From assembly GCA_965655095.1 (NCBI GenBank), contig OZ296657.1, positions 48,298,001 through 48,362,000 of the forward strand: a DNA stretch of 64,000 nt. The letters are read 5' to 3'. The translations under genes and the position numbers were made by a program. Within the stretch, counting starts at the first letter, position 1. Each line of letters starts with the position of its first letter. Of this stretch, positions 1 to 12,400 are shown piece after piece. The notes under the pieces were generated by a model. The model was not told the origin of the DNA and searched no databases. It saw only the letters and a list, made by a program, of their open reading frames with translations. The DNA is from Haplodiscus bocki (lineage: Eukaryota).

Positions 1-2442
1 GAAGCATGAAAATGTTCCTTCACTTTTTACTCCAAACTTTGGTGTTTAAATTTATTGATTTCAAATTAAAATCTTGACTTCGACAAACACTGTTCAAAGC
101 GCACCGTTAACCAGTTTTCACGATTTTGCTTTGGAAAAATCGGGCAGAAAACTTTTTCACAGTCACCCAAGATGAAGTAAGTGATATTGGGGAAAATTGA
201 TGCTTAGAATTTGTAGGTGACTGGTGTTTTTCAGAAAACTCTGCAGGATATTGAATGAAAAGTTCACAAGTTACTAATTGCTGATTCATCCTAGACTAAA
301 TAAAATTAAAAAGGGACAAATTATCGTTAGCTTCAATTTTAAATTTTGGCGCAAAACACAAGTCGAAAAGATTTTTAACAGCAAAGAACTTTCACCAATC
401 GAGTAATTGAGTTAATTCAGTTACATCTTTTCAAGAAACTGGTTTTTATCGGACTTATCTCTAGGTGTATAAAAAACTTCACAAAAAGATTCAATTTTTT
501 TAAAAAAATAGCAATTTTCCTTCTTTTGTGCAAAGAACCGACCAACCAGATTTCCGACTGCGACCGCAAACGATCAGGTACACAAGTGAAGTCTCCCACT
601 AAAACCTCCAAGAGCTATTTGTCAAAATCATGACTCCTGTGGACTTGGATTCTTATACAGTGGACTAAAAGTACCATTTTACTGGGAAATCGAATAACAA
701 TATCTTTTCTTTTCGACTTTTTTCCGAAAAAGCCCTCAAAAACTTCCTTTTCTCGTCCAAAAACAGTATTGGGCACACTGGAGTCTCTTAGATGGGACTA
801 TGAAAAAAATGGAGCTTTGAAAACTTCTATGCCAAAAAACAAGAAAAAGACTGAAAAAGTTCTCGAAAAAAATCAAAAATCATTCGACATTCAAGCATGT
901 TTTGCGAAAAAAAACCAACGGAAAAAACGTTTGTACTAGAACTACACTTTGGCAAAAGGTCAAACTGAGTGTAGAGCAAAGTTTTTCCTTAGCGCTTTTG
1001 CAGAAAAGTCCGTCAAATATGTAAAAAGATAGTAAGTTTTGAATCGGTTTTCCCCAGAAGTGAGATGATTAGTGGCCCTTTTGTGCAAAACAGTGCCCAA
1101 GACCTCGTTTTTTCAAACATTGTTGTCCTTTTATTGAATTCTAATTTTGAAGCAGACCTTTTTTCGATAGAAAATAGACAGAACTTTTCGAGAGAGGAAT
1201 TGAGCACTAAATTATTGCGGTTGACTCAAAAAGAGATGTGAATCGTTATAAGATAGCTTTGCAGGTTTAAGGAAATATAGAATTTCCCAATGTAGCCGGA
1301 TGTCTTCTCAATATCAAAGGGGCCCGCCTAAGAACACTTTAGCCATACGATTGTCCCTGAATGGGCCCTTCTTGTCCTGTTGTATTAAACATGACCAACC
1401 ACCTGCAACCTTTGCACACTAAAGTCGTCTGTTCTCCGGCAAAATGTTGAAAATAGGTCGTAAAGATTTTCTGTCGACAGTTAATTGAAAGGATTTGGCA
1501 AAAAGATGTAATTTGTTATTTTCCGGCATTTTTTACAGCGAAATAATACAGCCATATAATGTTTGCACCCAAATAATACATTCGATTTCTGGAGAGGATT
1601 GAGGATTGAAAATTTTCTTGGTCAATTGACTGTCCATTAAATGAGGAACACAAAGATTATTGTGGGCTCTTGTCACAAAAATGCGATTCCAGCCGAGAAA
1701 AGGCGTGAAACTTCATCATGAGCAGATCATATTTTTTCAAAGTTAACATTGCTATTTTAAATTATTTACAATTTTGTATGACATTTGCTGAAAACGAGTT
1801 CCACTGGTAACAATAACAAAACGGCCGGCCACCACCGGCATAATTTTTGCCCTCTAATGTTTCTGAAAAAAAACCTTTGAGAGAGCTGATAACGTTTTCT
1901 CGAAAGAAAAGCTATCTTCAGCAAGTTTTGATTTTTTTTCTATTTCTGCAAAAAAAGACTTTGAATTAAGGAAGAAAAAGACATTTTGATGAAATATTAC
2001 TCTTCGATACGCAGTCTGCCGCAAATTTGTCACCTTTACCAAAATTGAAAAAATTCAAGCCTTTTCCGAAAATCACTTTGTTTCTGTCGAAGAAGACCTA
2101 AATTCTGTATAGCTTTAGAAAATCTGCCATGTCCCTCGCAAGTTTGCTGGAACTTGGCGATGAAAAAATTTCAACATCATGCACCTTCAAAAATAATACT
2201 TTTTCAATTGGAGGAGACGTTAAAAAAACATTCGATTTCAGCCTTTCGGTGGATCATTTTCCTTCCATTTTAAAAATATCGGAGGAAAAAAATTTAGAAC
2301 AATTGATATGTAGCCCTACAAAAAAATCAACGGAAACGATTTCAACACTCCTCGTTCGCGGATTATTCGTCTTTACAAATTATTTTTGCCGCTGCCAAAA
2401 TTTTTTGTGAAAAAATCTGATTTCTTTTTGTTTTTAAGATTG

Positions 2443-2785
2443 TGTTATACCGCAAGTTGTCCCACTCATCATCTGGGCCAGAACTTCGTGGGTTTTGACT
2501 ATGAGAGATGCTCGCTTCTGGATGAGAATCGCACTCGGAATCGTCCTCATTCGTTCCCTGGTTTGTGCTAAGCGTAATCCGGGACGTCTCCGGAATGGTT
2601 CCGGAGTGGCCCTATATTAACGTAACGGGTTCAGAAGTAATTCATCGAGCAGCGATGGTGCGCCTTTGTCTCACTGAACTCCTGAAAAATCTTTTTTGTC
2701 TCTCTATCCTCAATTTCGTCAGATACTTGAGTAATGTAAACCTCTTTTGACCTGGGTACATTTCAGTTTTGTGCCAAGTTACTCC
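2443..2785 (+). repeat. Possible truncated LTR of another retroelement family, abutting or interrupted by the Gypsy 3' LTR
   Basis: Abrupt switch from homopolymer-rich decayed DNA to balanced sequence beginning TGTTATACC, with a TATA-like TATATTAA near 2612. No partner copy in the window. Confidence 0.25.
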
Positions 2786-3421
2786 TGGGAAATAAACAAC
2801 CTTTCCAACCATTTTTTGCCCATAGGACGTGCCCTTTCCATCTTCCGACAGAAAATGGACGGACCTAATCCGTCAGAGATGGACATCGAAGTGTTTATTC
2901 CGGCGCCGACATTTTTTATATAAGCTAAATTTTGTAAGATCCGAAAGAGAAGATACCAAAAATTTCCTCAATCAAGAAAATGAAATAAAAAAAACCAGAT
3001 GCACGTCTCATATATTACAGTATTTTATTAAATGGTATACAAAAATAAAGAAAAACAATAAATCATCACCCAATCAGCAATCAATCAGTCACAGTCAGTT
3101 TCCATTTCGAAAAAGTGGATTAGTATTTAATAATCAAACAAATATAACAATATAAAAACAGCACCTTTCAGACTATAATACTCTGTGAATACTCGTTTGT
3201 TCCGTAACGGTTTCTTCCTAGTCCGGATCAGTTTGGTTCCGTATAAATACGTACCGGTTTAAACGGACTTTTGTTATGGACACGTATAAGATACGTATCC
3301 CTATTTATGTACAATAGTTATAAATATGTATGACAGTTGTAATTTAGAGTTTGATTGAAAGTAATATGGTTTGAAAATATTCTGAGCATTGAGGTGTCTT
3401 TTGTGCTAGAAGCCTGCGACA
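2786..3421 (-). repeat. 3' LTR (lacks about 370 bp present in the 5' LTR)
   Basis: Minus strand starts TGTCGCAGG right after a polypurine tract and ends ...TTTCCCA. Roughly 85% similar by eye to 15240-15515 and 15887-16217. AATAAA at 2894-2899 (minus). Confidence 0.8.
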
Positions 3422-3433
3422 CCCCCGCCCCCT
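3422..3433 (-). promoter_or_regulatory. Polypurine tract (PPT)
   Basis: Minus strand AGGGGGCGGGGG directly precedes the LTR TG dinucleotide. Confidence 0.75.
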
Positions 3434-4880
3434 ATTTTGTGGGAAAGATATTCCCGTTCTCATTTCTCTCTTCTGTCGTCGTGGAGGCAGCGGTGTGGAG
3501 TATGTGCTCCAAGTTAAGGAGATTCGTCTGGAATCGTCAGAATCGAAAGTACCGACTTCTGAGAATGTCTTCCATGGGCTGACTAAATGACCAGCATTGA
3601 TGGTGTTGGTATCTCGGTCACATGAATTACGTCTTTTTGTATCGGGCTAAGTGTGTTATTAGCATTAGGTAATTGTGCCTCTCTGTTGGGTGCCGGAATA
3701 TGGGCGTCATCACGTTGAAGGGAATGAAGGGTACTTGCCTCCCATAGCCTTAAAGTATCGTCAAGCCAATTGAGTCTGACTATCGTCACAATCTGCGGCT
3801 CCGATGACTTCCCTTGTGATGACTTCCCTTGCCAACGTTCCCGATAGTTGAGTGGAGTTGAGAACTGCTGGTGTGTTGTTTCGGGCTGGACTTTTTTCTC
3901 TCGATGACCGCTCCTTATAGAAAACATGGAAGTCCGTGGATATGGAATCCGGAGAAATACTTCGAATCATCTCGGTGAAATTGAAATTTTGTTGAGCTAC
4001 TGATATTGACGAAGTGACTTTAAGAAGTGATGATATGAACAAATATGAGTCGGTACGCGTGTTCAGGTGGGAGATGCTTCGAAGATCCCATGGTGGTATT
4101 AGAAATGGTAAAATCTAGTAATTGGCGGACAAACAGAAGTTGATAAACGGTGAACAAATCAAGGTAGGAAAATTAGGGAAGATAAAAAATTATTTTCTTT
4201 CCTCAATGTGTCGTTGAAATATCGTGCTGACGTCATTGCTGGCAGACAAACCGGTTATAGTAAAAATAAATATAAATGATTCCCATGAATAAAGTTTTAA
4301 ATCCACCATCTGCGGAAACTTCAGAAGAGTTGCATCCTGCTTGACTTGAAGACATCAGCTTGTCCCAAGTGGACACTGCATCAGTTGCTGAAGCTGCTTT
4401 TTCCCTTTTCCTCTTTCATGTGCACCTGAAGAAAAAGTTACTGGAGAGAGAGAGAGGTGAGGAGAGTCTGGTGAGAAGTCCAGAGGGACCAATTTCCGAA
4501 AGCGATGTGTGCGAGACGGAGGCGTTTACAGAGGCGGACGTGGAGGACGAGGACGTCGATGTTGTTGGTGGCATTGATTATTTTGGAGTCTCTGGATACG
4601 AGTCTGAGGTATTCACACTCTCAGAGAACCTTCGTCGAGAGAGACTTTCAAAAAAAGTGCGTCCTAGGCCGTCGTTGACACTTGTCATCTTCCACAATGT
4701 AAGTTTTCAAATCTTCAACAATTACCAAAACTCTTTCTATTAGAATTTCTTTGCTGGCCTGTCATTGAATTCTATGAAGCTAGTTATCCTGCGCGCACTG
4801 AAACATGAAGATGACTTCCTGAGGCTTTTGTGTTTTAGTGTATGACTGTTCTGGAGAACGAGAACCAGTAGTGCGTCCGC

Positions 4881-7800
4881 ATGAGCCGGGTTTACTCGGA
4901 CAGACGTGTTTCATTCCGAGTTCGAGGTTGGCGCGTCGACTTTAGAAGAACTTGAGAAGAAGAAGAAAACAATACGCTCTGTAAAGAGTCTTCTCATAGT
5001 TGTTCTCGAGAATTGGTTGCTATCTATTCTACATTGCAGGTTTTCAACTAGAAGGGTGGCCAACTTGCTGTCTTTTTGCAGGTGATGCTGAACCTGCGCC
5101 GAGGATTTCCGGAAACGAAGGTGTCTCGACTGGTGTGGAGACTGTAGGCAGTTCAAGGGGTGTCGCAAAGTTGTTACCAGGAACCTAGTACCATTGGCTG
5201 GGGGTCCCAGTATGACGTCGCCGAGGCTGTCCCCAGTCGGAGTTGGAGCGGAGAACTGTTGGAGCAGCCATTTGATCTTAGCAATATTTGTGTTCAAATG
5301 AGGAACTTTTTTGTATTGTTTTTTGTTGACTCAGAGATTTTTCCTACATTTTTGCTTTTTAGATCAATTCTTCACCAATCCTGCTGCCACTGTTATTCAT
5401 GCCACTGGGCACCAACTTGTATCCTTATGCCGTTCCGTCTGCGCAAAAGAGAAAACACAGATCTTGAATCTTTTTTTGAATACTGAGTATCTTTTTTTGG
5501 GATTTGGTTTCTGCAGGTCATGTCTTGTATAAAATGTAACCTTCATGTTGGAAAAACTGAACGAACAACTGGATTGCCTTGGTCAAGAGCCATCACGAAG
5601 CCCTCGGCGAGCGCTTGAGACATCTGACACAAGCAGGGATGGGTTGGACAACAGTTGGAGCCGCAGAAAAGTTTTGTCCAAAAAGATATACCCGATGAAG
5701 AAGAGCTATGGGGCAGACGAGCTGGGCAATTTATTTGTCTTTGGGCTAACGAATGCAAACAATGTTCCGACTTGATTTTACTGCCGCATTTGCTGGATAA
5801 AATGTTTCGGTGGTGACTCACGGCCACAATGAGATTTTGTGCCATTTGCATAGAAATCTCTATATTCCTCGTGATCAGAGGTCGCAGCTTGAGACACCCG
5901 GGTAGAGAATTTTGGATTTCCTTCAGTGAAGATGAACTGGAGCAGCAGAGGGACAAGATCCAAAAAAGCCTTTTAGTTGTTCGGGATCGTGAACATCCGT
6001 TCGCCGAAGATCTCATCTCGGATGAGTCTGACCCGAGCTTGCCCCTGATGACGTCTCTGGTACAGGTGCTTCAATCAGGAGCGAGCTACACGCTTGTTGA
6101 GAACCTGTGGTCCCAGTTTGTTCTCACCGCCAGAGGACCATCAATGTGGAAGTTGCTTGGAACCGCGATGGAATCTTGGTGAGTTTCATAAGTTTCCGGA
6201 GTTGGTCCATGTAATTTCAAAATGTTCATTTTTATCGCTTTTATTCAGTCATCATAAATGGGATGCTGCCACGGCTCTTGATACCTGCAATCAACTGAAC
6301 GACGGCTCATCAGCTGTGTAGTCCGGAGTTCGAAGAACGTTGTCTGGCCATCTGGGCCCTTCTCCGGACTTCGCGCGAAAACAATTTCCGCCGTATTTCC
6401 AATGCGGTCCTAGACAGGTTGGTTTAAAGGCGATGCTACGCGCTAAGTGTCTGTTGTTGGATCCGCGGATGATGCTGTGGGTGACTCAGCCTCTGCATTT
6501 CCCCCTTCTGGGTGGTCTCACATTCTCGCTGAGATGTATGTAGAATACTTGGACAGTGGGTACATGGAAAAACTCGTTGACCACACAATCTCTGATTTCC
6601 CGCTGTTGAAGAGATGTTTTCAGAAGACGGCGTCATCGACGTTCCGTTGTTTGGACCCTTTCTTCATGAACGATAGCTATGTTACTCCTTTGAAAGGGGC
6701 AAAACACCGTGATTGGATGACGTTGCGATCCAGTCTCTATCGCACCATCAACACGATTGAACTGCAAATCCTATCGTTGGTTGAGGTTGTTGTCAACATT
6801 GTGGGCGTCTGACCACTCATCCTGTCATACTTCAAGGAAACCGGAAAACGACTGATGATGATAACTTAGTGGTTGAACACATTTTTAATTTTCATTTCCA
6901 GTTACTTCATTCATGTTCTCATTGTTCTTGTGTTGTTTTAGAAGAAGGGTATCGATGGGTGTTTTTACATCGAATAAAAGTTGACGATCAAAATCCGCCT
7001 TTCCCTGATGATCACAGAATTGTAAAAGTTTGGCTTTTTGCGTTGCTCCATTTGGTTCAAGTTGATACTTATAAACTCCGGATAACTCCAGGAAAATTTG
7101 GCTGATTAACAGTATGACTCCTTGTTGATCCTCATTTGGGCATCTTCAGTTGGCTCGGTGATTTCCGTAACACTGTCTTTTTCATCTGTATTGAAATCAG
7201 ACATCTTCTGTATTTTTATTTTTTAATACCATTTAAGTCTGGTAGAAGAGGTAGAAATTAGGAAAATTCGAGTAGCACTTATAGTCTGTTCTTCATTTTT
7301 TTTGTAGTTGGTAGTTCTGGGTAAGTAAGGACTTTTTTCGTAGGACTCCCTGTTCATTCTTGGGTTTTCCAGCATTAAACTAGGAAACTCTCCGTATCAC
7401 TGTTTTTTGCTCCTCAATTTTGGCAGGGAAAACTAAGAAACTTTTGGTTTTACCCCTAGTTTGCTCCTTGTTTTTTGTGTCGGGGAACTGGTGTATCAAT
7501 CTGTTATTTCATTGTCTCTCTTGTTTTAGTTGCTCACATTTAATTGAAGCGCAATCTCCAGAGCTGACTATTGTTATTTGGCGTTTGGGAAGCTCTCCAG
7601 CTTTGTTTACTGTTTGCTGCGAAAAATCAAAGTCAGCACCAGTCTGCCTGTTGTTGAAAAAAGGGACAAAAGGGACGTATTCATGCTCCCTAATCATTCG
7701 TGTTTTTTGCCATCGCTGACGAACATTTTTTAGGGGGAACACGGTTGTCGGCAGCCCTTGAGAAAGTGAATAGTGTGCACTTGAAGGCGGAAATCTCGAA

Positions 7801-8960
7801 AGACTGTCGGCATTTCCTGACTGAGGTTGTGAGCACTATCTTGTCGTCTGTGGCTAAGCGTTCTCCTGTTGAGCAAGGCCTTAGCAGTTTCTCACCAGCA
7901 ATCATTGTTGGAGGGGATGACTGCTCGGCACTTTACCTTTTTGGTCAGCTGTTGGACGCACTTCTGCGTCTTGGCTGGGTAAAAGGCAGTGAGGTGGAGG
8001 CTTCCAAGGCCAAATTCACCTCTTTTGGGCGTGAGCAATGTCCAGTATAGCAGGGCGGCAGCTTGCGTGTCCCTATCACTGACTTTTTTTCCCTTCTGTT
8101 GCGGCCAGCCTGGTTTGCGTTCTCGCCACCGTTTGTATCGAGTAAGCACCTGGCTCGGGATTTTGTATTTCCCAGCTTTGCTATTTTGAAATGTAGCACA
8201 TTCTAATCTGTTAGTTTCAGTATGTAGCGCATTCCAGTTTTGGTGACTTCAATGTTTGTAGTTGCAAATTTTCCAGCTAACAGCACTCATGGTCAGGGGT
8301 TCAGTGGGCCCGCTTGACAGTTTTTCAGGTTGCCTCACTGGTATACAAATCAACCATCAGGAAGTTGAAGGTGCCATTGCTTGCGTTAAGGACTTCGTGC
8401 GAGGTTTTCTTTTTACGCAGCGCAACTTCTTCTCCGAGACGGGAACTTCAATGCTGAGAAGAGCTGTTTCTTCTGCCAGTGCCATTTGCCAGAGCTTTGC
8501 GTTTGACGCACGGGGTCCATTGGGGTGTGTCCTGGGTCTGTCAACCCAGGCGTGAAAGCATGCCGGGACAAAGTGGTATTGTGCTGCAAATCGCCAAAGG
8601 ACAACCGAGAGCGTTGGTCTGACGTCAACAGTGTTGCGTCGTCTTTAGCGGGCGAAGGAGCTGCCGTGCCGGTGTCCGGATCTCAAACATTGTTGAGGTA
8701 GGAGACCTCCGATATATTGACAAACACAATAAACTTGGTCGCCTCTGCAGTAGTTTCTCCGTGCCAAGACCTGGAGAAAGAAAAAAAGGGCGCATTTCGG
8801 CCAGTCCCATTTTGAATAAAAAGAAGTTTTCTGTTGTTAGCCAGTCTCCTGCTCGCGCATTGTTTGAACCTGTTCTTGGGAAGCGCTTTGCTGAGTCGGG
8901 GGCCAAAAGAAGCAGTCGAGATTGGCCCAATACCCTGGTAATTCAGGGGATTATCAATAA
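4881..8960 (+). pseudogene. Frameshifted multi-exon gene(s) antisense to the Gypsy: N-terminal CxxC...H zinc finger plus a long globular region, possibly hAT-transposase-derived
   Basis: Collinear coding blocks: FYCRIC/NVSVVTHGHNEILCHL (5775-5850), SEDELEQQRDKIQKSLLVVRDREHPFAEDL (5925-6015), IINGMLPRLL..EFEER (6250-6340), 7700-8140 and 8262-8555. GT-AG introns at 6179-6248 (GTGAGT...TTATTCAG) and from 8142 (GTAAGC); further acceptors at about 5079, 5362 and 5516. Confidence 0.6.
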
Positions 8961-9409
8961 CATTTTATTTGTATATCTGTTTTCAAATCTTGCATTCGTC
9001 CTTAGTTCGGGTCTGCATTTAATTGCATTAGCCGTATTTTGTACATAGCGAGACTGAATAGAAAGCAGGTGACTGTACAGGGATTATCCTCAAAATACAA
9101 AAAAAAACTTGTTTTTGATCCGTATTGTATCCAGAATTAGAAATAGGGAAATTTGAGATTTGGTTGCTGAAATGTTCCGGAAACATACTAGGCTAAAATA
9201 AGAAATTTGTTAGAGTTGGAAAGTCGGTATCTGCAAGCCTTGGAAAAAGTCAGAACCTATTTTTGTTGCTTCAAATTCTTCTCCCGCAGATTGTTAGCAG
9301 CTTGGAAAAAAAGTAAATTTTGCGCATATCAAATCCATAACACGTTCATAGGGTTTCTGGAAAATGTACGTAAACGCTAAGTAGGCCATAGTTGGATGCA
9401 ATGAGACTG

Positions 9410-12400
9410 TAAATGTCAAAATTTGTCGTTGAAGTTTGGCTTTGGATTATGACGTATATCATTCTTTGTGTTTTGGGGGGTTGATAGGCGTAGGGTTAGT
9501 CTGCTCCACGCTTGTATCCGCATCAGGCTCCATGTACTGATCCGTATCCGTTCCGTCACAAAACCTGTCTACCAGGGGGAATATTTTTGTGGAACTTTCT
9601 CGTATGGTTCCTAGAATAATACCCGTTCCGTCAGCTGCTAAGTCAGATTGTACTCTTATTTCAGGTGATTTGGGTATTGGCGATCTATCATGATCAATAT
9701 CAAAAGTTGGCTTTTCGTATTCCCACTCCCATGCTCTGGTGCACCAATCATCGTGTGTAATGGTGACTTCTGGGTCAAATTTTTCATTCTGGTCGCGTGA
9801 TTTGTACTTCGGGTCTATATCGTCGGGGTGTGAGTTGGAGCAGTTTCATAGGTTGAAGCACTTGTGTTTTGTCTGAACCAGTTTTGCGAACCAAGTAGTT
9901 GCTATTTGGCAAGGCTTTTTCAAACACGCAAGGCCCAATCCACAGAAATTTTGTGAAAGGAAAATTGCTTCCATTGTGGTCTGCTTTAGTCTGTAAGTCA
10001 AACAAAAATTTTTCTTTCAGCTTTGAGGCATTTGAATTTTGTTATTGGACACCTTGTACTTGATGTGAGCTTCTTGCAAGGCATTCTTTCGAACAACTTG
10101 ATAAATCATTTCTGTCTGTTCAAGCACATCTTGACCATTTTCTGAACTTGGAGTGGGCATTTTGTGCGGAAGAATGCTCATTTTCAAATCTAGGACATTA
10201 TAGGGAATGCGTCAATGGAACAATCTGCTTGCATGGCAGTCAATACTCGCGTGATGAGATGTGTTGTACTTTAACACTGCAATGCTGACGTATTTACGCC
10301 ACAATAACCTTCACTCGCCTGTTTCAATTTTCAACGTTTGTTTGATTGGCGCGTGGGATCGTTCAAGCATACCAGTTGTTTGCGTGTGTTTCGTTGAGGC
10401 GTGCTTTAACGTAATTGCAAGGACGTCAGCCACTTCTTTGAATACATGGGACATAAAGCACATAATTAAGACGTTCGCGGTTGTTTTTGCATCTTGGTTT
10501 GATTTAGTGTAGGCAAACAAACAGCGGAAAAACACGTCCATGGCTGTCACTTTATTCTCAAAGCCACAGGACGGAGGCAGTGCCGGTACCAGATCAATTC
10601 GCGTGGCAACTTCTCGTGCTGTAATGTGTTCATTCAGGCGAGTGAGTCCGCAATGAATCCGTGATTCCCTGATTTATTGCTCACGTGACACTACCCACTT
10701 CCTGATCAGCTGTGCTCTTTTCGGGTATAAAATTTTTTCTCTGGAGGCAAAAATTGATTTGGTGATTCCGGGATGCTTTCCAAATCCTCCGTGCAGGCTG
10801 CGGAGTACCTCACCAACTAATTGTTTGGGAAGGAGGAAATGACAGTACTTGACAAAAACAGTTTCTCCGTAGTGTTTCCGGAATATCAGCCCATCCTTGA
10901 GAAAGAACGCTACGATCTTAATTAGCCTTGTAGTGTTTGAATCGTCTGTACGTTCTTAGTGGCACTTCATCGTTTGGTTGACCAAGTACTCTGAGTTTTA
11001 AATTCCTCAAAACCAGATCGACATCCTACTCTACTCGTAACCCTGCATTTACCTTGATTCCCTGTAAGCAGTACGACGTAGTGTTTCCGTCGATGTTCGT
11101 TAATTCGTGAATTCTGTAATATTTGGCTTCCTTGAGGATAGTTCCTAAATTGCTGCCCACTCTGTTGCTTTTTTCCTGGACTGGATTTTTCGTTCATGGG
11201 TTAGAGGTTTTGTCAAATCTTTACCATCTATTTGAGAAAAGAGGAATTGTTGTTCATCTGTAACATGCAAAGAAGTTGTTCTCACCTCAATGGGTGTTGT
11301 TTGTACATCCTCCCGGATTTTGAGACAGATCTTCTCTACGACTTTCAGTTCCCATCTGCGGAGAAAGTCAGCTGCTGTGTTGACTGAAGCAAAAATATGT
11401 ACTATCTTGAAATTAAATTGCAACATAGAAATGCATGCGTTACACAGGGCACGTGGAAAAGCTCATGTTTAAAAGAAACGTGGGATTGATATATTTTCTG
11501 TCTGTTAAGACAATTGTCAGTTTCAATGCTTCCCAAAAAATCTGTGCAAGTTGGGGAAATGCCATGTAAAATGCCGAAAATTGCCTCGAGTATAGCGATA
11601 TTTTGAGTTGCGCATGGGAGAAGTTTTTTGATCCGAATGCCACGGGTGAAAAATTTTCCTCTTCGACTGGATCTTTTGGTCTGGATTGTTTTCGATCGTG
11701 AGGGAATAGCCAGCGATCCTGAGGATTGCATCTGTCATAGAAACGAACTGCTTTCCCGGGATAGGTTGTTTCAGTGCTACTTCAGAAGCATCACTAAGGG
11801 CTTTGTTCACTGAGTCGAAGGTTTCTTCTAGTTCTGACGCACTGTTAACTGGCACTTCTGGTTTTAAAAGCTTGTAGAACGTGTTGCGTTTTTTTGACAT
11901 CCTGGGGATATAATTTATGTAGTGGTTTACCAAAGCCAGGTACCGCTGCAGAAACTGCTTTGATTTGGGGAATCTAAGTTTGCCTCTGAAATTTTGGATT
12001 TTCTGAGCTTGCAGTGAAAATCCTCCTGGTGAAAAAGTATTCAACTTTATCAAAAAGCCAAGGAATTCAACCTGTTACACTCAAAAACGGCACTTTTTGT
12101 CACTTTCTATCCTGCTTTAAGAATGCAATTGAAGACTGCCCGAATGTTCCGCGTAAGAGACGTAGCATTGTTGGCTGCAACCCCAATATGGTCCACGTAT
12201 TGAGCACATCGGTCAGCCTTCGCAAATGTGTCCAAATACTCTCACATGAAGCTTGGAAAAGCCGACACAGATCTGCTGAAACCTTTTGCAAGTCTTCTGC
12301 ATTCAAAATTTCTGCTAACAAAATTGAATGGAAGCATTTCCAATGACAATTGATCCGCCATCGCCAAACAGTGATAAGCTTGGGAGCCACCGAGCTTGCA

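Noticed and set aside
1-2440. Possible left arm of Polinton 2 (MCP/PolB) displaced by the Gypsy
   Set aside because: The sequence is too decayed; no convincing motifs and no AGTAGT terminus were found.
2838-2890. Hammerhead-like ribozyme in the LTR (CTGACGG...GAAA on the minus strand)
   Set aside because: The core does not match CUGANGA/GAAA with the required three-stem topology.
3380-3410. Repeats ending in CTAG (3406-3409) and CTGG (about 16216-16219) suggested Helitron 3' ends
   Set aside because: No strong subterminal hairpin; the PPT plus TG start, the PBS-like motif and the enclosed gag-pol explain them better as LTRs.
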